From an uncultured Gammaproteobacteria bacterium (GTDB lineage Bacteria; Cyanobacteriota; Vampirovibrionia; LMEP-6097), in the NCBI GenBank assembly GCA_964512985.1, contig CAZELI010000011.1:383-64382 (forward strand): a DNA stretch of 64,000 nt, in the 5' to 3' direction. The notes under the pieces were generated by a model. It did not search any database, was not told where the DNA came from, and saw only the letters and a program-made list of their open reading frames with translations. Each line of letters starts with the position of its first letter. The first letter of the stretch is position 1. Both the position numbers and the translations under genes were made by a program. This document shows positions 47,115 through 54,531 of this stretch, piece by piece.

Positions 47115-48149
47115 TTATTTTTTTAGTGTGTTGATCATCATAGGTTCATCTTTAATAAATCTATCCTTATAAACTATGGACGAGACGATACATGTACCTC
47201 TAATTTTAGTTGAATCCATGATGATAGTTTCCTGCAATTCGGAATTATCAATGACACAGTTGTCTGCAATACTGGTAAAAGGTCCTATAACCGAATTATT
47301 AATCCTGACATTATTACCGATGTAAATAGGCCCCATTAAATTAGAGTTACTAATACTTGTATTTTCACTCAATGCTATATTGCCTAATAAATATGACTTC
47401 TCGACATCAGCATTAATGCTATCAAACTTCCTTGCAGCAAGTAACATACATTTATTAGCATTAAGCAATCCATCTCTAGTACCTGAATCAAACCAATAGG
47501 AATGCAGAATACTGGTTTGAACTTCCTGACCCAATTCAACCTGAGAAGCAATGGCGTCAGTGATTTCCAGTTCTCCTCGGGCTGACGCTTTAATATTCCT
47601 AATAGCATCAAAAATCTTATTAGAGAAAATATACACTCCGACAATTGCATAATCAGAGACAAAGGTCTTAGGTTTCTCTACTAACTTTTGTGCTTTACCA
47701 CTTTCATCGAAAGCGACTACTCCAAAAGCATAAGCTCTATCTACTTGCTTCAGCAGCAAAAGCGTATCGGCTTTAGTTTCATAGAAAGTATCAACTAAAT
47801 CTGCTAAAGGTTTGTCGAATAAATTATCACCTAGAAGGGTTATAAAATGTTCACTCGTTCCAATAAAATCCCGAGTGATCCCAATAGCATGAGCAAGTCC
47901 TTTGGGTTCATCTTGATAAATAAAACTTATATTTGCTTTGAATTTCCGCTTGGCCACAATTTCTTCAATCATGCCACCCGTTTCAGGGCTGACGACAATA
48001 GCAATCTCTCTGATATTCGCATTAAGTAAATATTCAATGGAATAAAATAATATTGGTTTGCCTAGGACAGGTACTAGTTGTTTAGGATAATTATCAGTAA
48101 TTGGTGCTAACCTTGTTCCTTTACCACCAGCTAAAATTACTCCCTTCAT
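47115..48149 (-). CDS. rmlA: Glucose-1-phosphate thymidylyltransferase, long form with a C-terminal left-handed beta-helix
   Basis: MKGVILAGGKGTRLAPIT...KQLVPV, with C-terminal hexapeptide-like repeats. TATAAT (48158-48163) lies 8 nt before the ATG. Confidence 0.8.
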   Translation of the reverse strand: MKGVILAGGKGTRLAPITDNYPKQLVPVLGKPILFYSIEYLLNANIREIAIVVSPETGGMIEEIVAKRKFKANISFIYQDEPKGLAHAIGITRDFIGTSEHFITLLGDNLFDKPLADLVDTFYETKADTLLLLKQVDRAYAFGVVAFDESGKAQKLVEKPKTFVSDYAIVGVYIFSNKIFDAIRNIKASARGELEITDAIASQVELGQEVQTSILHSYWFDSGTRDGLLNANKCMLLAARKFDSINADVEKSYLLGNIALSENTSISNSNLMGPIYIGNNVRINNSVIGPFTSIADNCVIDNSELQETIIMDSTKIRGTCIVSSIVYKDRFIKDEPMMINTLKK

Positions 48150-48240
48150 TGCAATTAATTATAACAAGGTTCGAGAACTTACACCATTCTCTTATGCTGA
48201 GATTAACCTACAATAAATGATTATTCTAGGTTAATATATA

Positions 48241-50445
48241 TTGGTGCCAGTATTAGCCTTAATTCTCACCCTCATAGCTCTGACCTTCATCGGGAAAGTG
48301 CTAGCAGAAAAACTCATTTCGCTGCTGGAACAAAAGAGAAGCAATGAACTCTTGGTCATCGAGAAGCTAGTCCTTTGTTTTATATCTGGATTAAGTTTTT
48401 TTATTCTTATCACTCACTTGTTGTCACTTCTAACACAAAGCTTTAGATTTAGTATTCATTGTAGCTTGGGAATTTTAACAGTAGCTTCGATAGTTATTTA
48501 TTTAAGAAATGGAAAGAACAGGCTAAATTTTCTTTCCATATTCTTCAAAGACAGTAGTCTCTATATATTTAGTTCTGCTTTGTTAGTTGCAATTATAATG
48601 TATTTTCGTGATCAGATTTTTGGCAGCCCTGATCGAATTCATTTAGCATTTATTAGTAGTATCGCTAATAATGATATCTATCCACTCAAACTACCAGTAG
48701 ATCAAAGCTTCTCCCTTGCAAATTATCATTATGGTACCGATCTTATCGGTGCAACGATAAAAGTTATCAGTCAACTTCCAATATGGGAAGTAATGAGCAT
48801 ACAAATTGCATTAGGCAGTTTTTTGGCATTTATGGGTCTCTTTATTTTACTGAAGACCTTTATTCAATCTAATAAAGCTTCTCTTGCTGCTACGTTTTTT
48901 GTTTTATTTTTTACATCCATAAACAGCATAGATTATTTCATTAGAGAAATAAGTAAGATTACTAGCCTGCCCATTGATAACTTTCTTAAAAATTGGCTTA
49001 TGGTTTCATGGACTTCTATTAGTCACATGACCTCACAATTAAGATTGCCTTCGCAAAATATAGCATTCACTTTTTGTTTTACTTTGCTCATAATTAGTTT
49101 TGTATATTTCAGTCATTTCTTTAAGGGAAAAACTCAAGAGTTAAATATTTCTTTCGCAATAACAACTTCCACTGTCTCATTTATGCTGTTTTTTTGCTAT
49201 CCAGCTTTTTGGTATCCGAGCCTTGCTGCAATTACTTTTTATGGTTTCATTGACATCATCCAAGAGAAAAATTATTTAAGAAATAGAACTCTTAATCTTT
49301 TATTTTTTCTCTTCTTACTATATCTCGGTAAGATCCTAACTTTTTGTCCTAGCGAAGCATTTTCTAGTGATGTTAAAACTTTAGTCTTTGATCCGTCGCT
49401 GACTTGGGTTCACTGGGGCAAAGCATATATTATGTATTTTTATGATGTATCCTATCTGAAAACTCTTGCTGTGAGTTTTGATCCTGTAACTGATAGTAAT
49501 TTACTCTTCATCCCATTATTTTCTTCAATAAGTTTTAGAGATTTTGGATTCTGCATAATCACAGCCTCAATACTAGCTATCAGTCAATTCAAGAAAAAAT
49601 ATAATCTTAATTACATAATTTTTTATGCTGCAATTATAAGTCTTATAATACCGTTCGCTTTTAAATTTATTTTACGCCCAATCGAGATTACCAGATTTAT
49701 ATTATTTGCCAAGATTGCAGCTTCGATCTTCACAGCGAGTATTGTATTTAATTGGCTTGCAAGCATTAAATCTTGGACAAAGTATGTGATCTATGTTTTA
49801 CTAGGAATCTTACTGGTACCAGGCTTGATCTCTATCTTACCTTATAAATCATTAGCCATATTACCAAGTAAAAGCTTTACTAATGAAGAGGAAATAATTA
49901 TAACTAGTCTTGAAGCGATCCACAAATCAGGAGATGTTCTGCTCGATCCTAAAGATTATGAGATTGGAGCTGACTTCAGTGCTTTTGCTGGTTTTTATGG
50001 AGTGGGTGGTCAGCTTTATAAGAATGATTATGCTACTAAAAGAACTGCTTATGAATTACTTAATCCACTCTTACTAAAAGAACTACACGTCAAATATGTC
50101 ATTGTTTATAATGATATATCTGTAAGCCAAAAAGCCAAGCAACGTTTAGAAAATCCAAAACTGTTTAAGAATGTTCAAACAAACTCCACGACTCGTTTGT
50201 ATGAATTTATATATCAAGCAGGAGATATTGATGAAACTGTATTTAAGAATGAATACAAATGGGCTTTGGGTTACCCAAGCTCTACAAGTTTTCAATTAAT
50301 CAAAGATCAACAGGGTAAAATTTTTATATCTAATAATAGAGAGGAATTAAAAATGATAAAAATTAATCTAAAGAAGTCACTAGCCAAAGACAATCCCTTA
50401 GTTGCTTTTTGGCTCAATGAACAAGCTATCATTAATGATGAATAA
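48241..50445 (+). CDS. Large polytopic membrane protein (GT-C/YfhO-like candidate) with a C-terminal soluble domain
   Basis: 734 aa with about 14 or more hydrophobic segments and a roughly 200-aa soluble C-terminus. TTG or GTG start at 48241 or 48244. Confidence 0.45.
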   Translation: MVPVLALILTLIALTFIGKVLAEKLISLLEQKRSNELLVIEKLVLCFISGLSFFILITHLLSLLTQSFRFSIHCSLGILTVASIVIYLRNGKNRLNFLSIFFKDSSLYIFSSALLVAIIMYFRDQIFGSPDRIHLAFISSIANNDIYPLKLPVDQSFSLANYHYGTDLIGATIKVISQLPIWEVMSIQIALGSFLAFMGLFILLKTFIQSNKASLAATFFVLFFTSINSIDYFIREISKITSLPIDNFLKNWLMVSWTSISHMTSQLRLPSQNIAFTFCFTLLIISFVYFSHFFKGKTQELNISFAITTSTVSFMLFFCYPAFWYPSLAAITFYGFIDIIQEKNYLRNRTLNLLFFLFLLYLGKILTFCPSEAFSSDVKTLVFDPSLTWVHWGKAYIMYFYDVSYLKTLAVSFDPVTDSNLLFIPLFSSISFRDFGFCIITASILAISQFKKKYNLNYIIFYAAIISLIIPFAFKFILRPIEITRFILFAKIAASIFTASIVFNWLASIKSWTKYVIYVLLGILLVPGLISILPYKSLAILPSKSFTNEEEIIITSLEAIHKSGDVLLDPKDYEIGADFSAFAGFYGVGGQLYKNDYATKRTAYELLNPLLLKELHVKYVIVYNDISVSQKAKQRLENPKLFKNVQTNSTTRLYEFIYQAGDIDETVFKNEYKWALGYPSSTSFQLIKDQQGKIFISNNREELKMIKINLKKSLAKDNPLVAFWLNEQAIINDE

Positions 50446-51283
50446 TATAATCCAGTCCATCTCTAATAATCTAACTTTAAAAGACGGTATTTTTTTTCCT
50501 GTTAATAGTTATGATAATTATGAACTTTCTTATCCAGAAGAAAGTCATGATTACTATTTAGAAATCGAAGAAAATTCTTTTTGGTTCAAGCACCGCAATA
50601 AATGCATTTATTCTTTAATAAAACAATTCAGTCCAAATGAAATCTTTTTTGATATTGGTGGTGGTAACGGTTTGACTTCATTATATCTAACACAAAACCA
50701 TATCAAATCAGTTGTAGTTGAACCTGGTCTCAGTGGAGCTTTGAATGCTAAGAGAAGAGGTCTTATTACTATTTGTTCAAGAATCGAAGATCTTGGTTTC
50801 AGCCAAGCAAGTATCAAGTCTGTTGGATTGTTTGATGTGATTGAACATCTGGCAGATGAAAAGAAATTTCTAAATACTTTAAAAGGCTATTTAGCAAAAG
50901 ATGCTTTCTTGTATGTAACAGTTCCAGCTTATGATTTTTTGTGGTCTTATGAAGATCAATCTTCTGGTCACTTTAGAAGATATACTGTTAAAAGCCTGAC
51001 ATGCGTCTTAGAAGAACTTGGCTTCTCAATCAAATATGCAAGTTATTATTTTTTACCATTGGTGCTACCAATATTTCTGCTAAGAACATTACCTTATAAA
51101 TTCAATAAAAATAAAAAACCCGACGTGAGTGCTAATAAATCTGAACATTCAAATACTAAGATCTCCGCCAAAGTCATTTCCCCATTATTAAAATTAGAAT
51201 TAAATTCTATTGATAAATTAAAAACTTTTCCAATGGGAGCTAGCTGTATAGCAGTAGCACAATACAAGGGAAACTTAAATTAA
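50435..51283 (+). CDS. Class I SAM-dependent methyltransferase
   Basis: FFDIGGGNGLTS and LFDVIEHLADEKKFL. Start placed at MMNNIIQ; the track start is 50402. Confidence 0.7.
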   Translation: MMNNIIQSISNNLTLKDGIFFPVNSYDNYELSYPEESHDYYLEIEENSFWFKHRNKCIYSLIKQFSPNEIFFDIGGGNGLTSLYLTQNHIKSVVVEPGLSGALNAKRRGLITICSRIEDLGFSQASIKSVGLFDVIEHLADEKKFLNTLKGYLAKDAFLYVTVPAYDFLWSYEDQSSGHFRRYTVKSLTCVLEELGFSIKYASYYFLPLVLPIFLLRTLPYKFNKNKKPDVSANKSEHSNTKISAKVISPLLKLELNSIDKLKTFPMGASCIAVAQYKGNLN

Positions 51284-51294
51284 CACCTGGTAGC

Positions 51295-51539
51295 TTTCAA
51301 TTACCACCAAATAATTTATCAATAATGAACTGCTTACCATTGCACTTCACTATTCTCAATAATGCAGTTATCGGCAATCGCAGTGAAAGGTCCCAGATAG
51401 GTATGAATCCCTAATATTTGAGTCAACATTGTCAAATTTATTGGACTCAATTAAGAGAGTTTTATTAGCATTTAGTAAACCTTCTCTAGTTCCAGAATCA
51501 AACCAATATGAATTAAGAATTGAGCTTTTACCCTTTCAT
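51295..51539 (-). pseudogene. Decayed second copy of rmlA (internal deletion plus frameshifts)
   Basis: Hand translation gives ATG-AAA-GGG (MKG) then a stop. After that come SILNSYWFDSGTREGLLNANK (compare RmlA SILHSYWFDSGTRDGLLNANK) and, in another frame, GPFTAIADNCIIENSE (compare GPFTSIADNCVIDNSE). It keeps its own GGGTATAAT box (51549-51557). Confidence 0.75.
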
Positions 51540-51573
51540 TACTGTTAGATTATACCCTGATTTAGAATTTATT

Positions 51574-52920
51574 TTAACCAGTCCACTCTCGAGTAAAAGT
51601 ACAAGCTTTAGCAAGATAAATTGGCAATTTACAAACTTTACGCTCACTATTATAACTAAAATTATTAGCACTAAAAATTATTTTATAGGGAGAGTCATAT
51701 TTCTTAGCAAACACATCAATGCTTCTTGCTTTAGTATTAAAACCAGACTTTACCTCTATTGGAATTTGCTTGCCTGTTATCGTTCTAATGAATTCAACTT
51801 CAGACTTATTTTCTTCCCATGCATATAATTGATCATTTCGACCTAACTCTTGAGAGAATTCTTGAGCTATAAAATTCTCTGCAATATAACCCTTATAAGT
51901 TCCATAGTTATAATCCATCATAGTGATGGGATCAAGATTACCCAAAGCACCAAGTATCCCCACATCATAGAGAAAGAGCTTGAAACGATTCTCTTCTGTG
52001 TAAGCCTTAATAGGTTGCTCACCATGATTAGCAATTAAAACTTTGATTATCAAATTACTAGCTCTAAGCCAATCAATAGCACCACTGAGTTGATCATAGC
52101 CTTTAACTTTAGGAACTACATTCTTGAAAGTAAATTTAGGAGCATTTCCGTCTAGTCTCCGAGCCAACTGTTCTGGAATATTAGAGAACACTCTTTCTAT
52201 ATGCATAGCATTGACTGAGCCACAGTGTTTAGCCATATCTGCCATATAAACATTAATTATCTCAGATTGTTTTTCTCTGATAGTTGTTAAAGCATCAATC
52301 TGATTAGCTTTGAGTTGATTATAAGTTGAGATGACCTCAGGTAAACCTCCAATGACAAGGTATTGCTTCCACAAATCAAAAAGTTCTTTATGCATAAATT
52401 CAGGAATACGCTCTCCCCACTGCCAGGCATTAATAAATTCATATTTCTCATTTTCATCTAGACCAAGTAAAAATTCTGTAAATGTCATAGGAAACATATT
52501 GATCAAATCAACCTTACCAACAGGGAAAGAAGCTTCTCCATATTTAACTCCTAACAACGAACCCGCTGAAGCAAGTGCAAGTTCAGGCATATCCTCACAA
52601 AAATATTTCAAACTTGTGATTGCTTTAGGGCAAGTTTGAATTTCATCAAAAATCAATAAATCCGTTTTGATATTAACTTTGGTTTTTAGCTTACGCTCAA
52701 GTTCTTGTATAATTCTTAAAGGATCTAAATCATAGTCAAAAATTTCGCACAGACTGATGTTTTTCTCGAAATTCACATAGTGATAATTTTGAAAGAATTC
52801 TTCCCCACAATACTTAAGCGCATAAGTTTTACCTACTTGCCTCGCTCCCAAAACTATTAACGGCTTACGCTTAGGCTTAAGGCCCCAAGTTTTGATTTGT
52901 TCATAAATCAACCTACGCAT
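51574..52920 (-). CDS. AAA-ATPase with C-terminal PD-(D/E)xK-like motif (AAA_14/DUF4143-like), copy 3
   Basis: Walker A GARQVGKTY, Walker B LIFDEIQ, C-terminal SEVEFIRTITGKQIPIEVKSGF. TATAAT (52929-52934) lies 8 nt before the ATG. Confidence 0.7.
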   Translation of the reverse strand: MRRLIYEQIKTWGLKPKRKPLIVLGARQVGKTYALKYCGEEFFQNYHYVNFEKNISLCEIFDYDLDPLRIIQELERKLKTKVNIKTDLLIFDEIQTCPKAITSLKYFCEDMPELALASAGSLLGVKYGEASFPVGKVDLINMFPMTFTEFLLGLDENEKYEFINAWQWGERIPEFMHKELFDLWKQYLVIGGLPEVISTYNQLKANQIDALTTIREKQSEIINVYMADMAKHCGSVNAMHIERVFSNIPEQLARRLDGNAPKFTFKNVVPKVKGYDQLSGAIDWLRASNLIIKVLIANHGEQPIKAYTEENRFKLFLYDVGILGALGNLDPITMMDYNYGTYKGYIAENFIAQEFSQELGRNDQLYAWEENKSEVEFIRTITGKQIPIEVKSGFNTKARSIDVFAKKYDSPYKIIFSANNFSYNSERKVCKLPIYLAKACTFTREWTG

Positions 52921-53005
52921 TTATCTACATTATACCCAAAATTCCCAATTTAAGGAAAATAAGGCGCCATTTATTCTATAATTTAAGAAAAATCAGCCCT
53001 TCGGA

Positions 53006-54322
53006 CTATCTTTGCTCTATAGGCACATATGACTGTTCGTTTGCACCAGTATAGATTTGACGTGGACGGAAGATCTTATTAATACCGCTATCACGTTGTT
53101 CTTTCCAATGCGCTAACCAGCCAGGAATTCTGCCTAAAGCAAACATTACCGTGAACATATCCACAGGAATACCGATGGCTTTATAAATGATACCTGAGTA
53201 GAAATCCACATTCGGATAAAGCTTACGAGAAACGAAGTAATCATCTTTCAGAGCTTCTTCTTCAAGACCTCTTGCTATATCTAATAAAGGATCATTCACA
53301 CCAAGCTTACTAAGCACAGTGTCACAAGCTTTACGAAGGATTTTTGCGCGCGGATCAAAGTTTTTATATACTCTGTGTCCAAAGCCCATTAATCTAATAC
53401 TAGACTTCTTGTCTTTTACTTTACTCAAGTAAGTTTTATAATCATCACCACTAGCTCTAATATTCTCAAGCATCTCCAATACCGCTTGGTTAGCACCACC
53501 GTGTAATGGACCCCAAAGCGCAGAGATCCCAGCAGAGATCGCAGCATAAATACTTGCACCAGAACTTTGTACTGTACGAACAGTAGATGTAGAACAGTTT
53601 TGCTCGTGATCAGCATGAAGAATGAGTAATTGATTTACTACTTTCACTAAATCAGGATCAATCTCATAAGGTTCTGAAGGTACCGCAAACATCATATTAA
53701 GGAAGTTTGCACAGTAGGTAAGTGAATTCTCAGGATAGATTAAAGGTTGTCCAATAGACTTCTTGTAAGAGAACGCTGCAATAGTTCTAAGCTTAGAAAG
53801 AATACGAATGATATCTAAGTTAACCTGCTCATCAGAGACAATATCCTGCGACTCAGGATAGTAACTAGAAAGTGAAGAAGTCATAGAACTCAGAATAGAC
53901 ATCGGATGTGCTTTACTAGGGAATCCAGAAAAGAAATGCGTCATATCTTCATGTAATAAAGAATGTCTAGTAAGTCCAGTAGAGAATTCTGATAATTCTT
54001 CTTTGGTAGGAAGCTTGCCATAAATCAATAGATAAGCGCTTTCTACGAAAGTAGATTTCTCAGCAAGATCTTCGATGTTATAACCACGATAACGTAATAT
54101 ACCTTGCTCACCATCAATAAAACAGACCGAACTCTGACAGGAACCAGTGTTCACGAACCCATGATCAAGAGTAATTAGTCCAGTATCACTTCTTAGTCGC
54201 GATATATCTAGGGCCCTTTCTCCTTCTGAGCCCTCCACTATCGGAAATTCAAAAGTCTTACCATCAACATTAAGAGTCGCGGTTTTCGAAGCTATTTCTG
54301 TCTGAGCTGAATTCATAACCAC
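53006..54322 (-). CDS. gltA: Citrate synthase
   Basis: GFGHRVYKNFDPRA, LHADHEQN, GPLHGGAN. Confidence 0.9.
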   Translation of the reverse strand: MVMNSAQTEIASKTATLNVDGKTFEFPIVEGSEGERALDISRLRSDTGLITLDHGFVNTGSCQSSVCFIDGEQGILRYRGYNIEDLAEKSTFVESAYLLIYGKLPTKEELSEFSTGLTRHSLLHEDMTHFFSGFPSKAHPMSILSSMTSSLSSYYPESQDIVSDEQVNLDIIRILSKLRTIAAFSYKKSIGQPLIYPENSLTYCANFLNMMFAVPSEPYEIDPDLVKVVNQLLILHADHEQNCSTSTVRTVQSSGASIYAAISAGISALWGPLHGGANQAVLEMLENIRASGDDYKTYLSKVKDKKSSIRLMGFGHRVYKNFDPRAKILRKACDTVLSKLGVNDPLLDIARGLEEEALKDDYFVSRKLYPNVDFYSGIIYKAIGIPVDMFTVMFALGRIPGWLAHWKEQRDSGINKIFRPRQIYTGANEQSYVPIEQR

Positions 54323-54398
54323 AATCTTCCCATAATTTATATTTTTTCACTCTCTAGTAATTAGGCAATACTGTTATCTTGCGAAGAATTCGGGTCTT

Positions 54399-54485
54399 CG
54401 TCATCACGAGGAGCACCGCAGGTGCGACGTAGTGATCCAGTCTGGATTGCGACGTCGCTCACTTTGTGAGCTCCTCGCAATGACG
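54399..54485. mobile_element. REPIN/MITE-like doublet with a 1-nt spacer
   Basis: CGTCATCACGAGGAGCACCGCAGGTGCGACGTAGTGATCCAG, then T, then CTGGATTGCGACGTCGCTCACTTTGTGAGCTCCTCGCAATGACG. Confidence 0.9.
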
Positions 54486-54531
54486 GCATTTTTTTTACCT
54501 TACTCGTCCCAATACAGTATAATTTTTCGAT

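Noticed and set aside
51520-51828. 102-aa plus-strand ORF, and the many other 60-140-aa ORFs antisense to long genes (for example 4514-4780, 5859-6203, 8252-8714, 23534-23956, 25336-26105, 28617-29072, 32756-33172, 40967-41365, 52331-52639)
   Set aside because: Each lies wholly inside a well-supported gene on the opposite strand or in another frame. They have low-complexity or odd composition and no motifs, so they are typical shadow ORFs.
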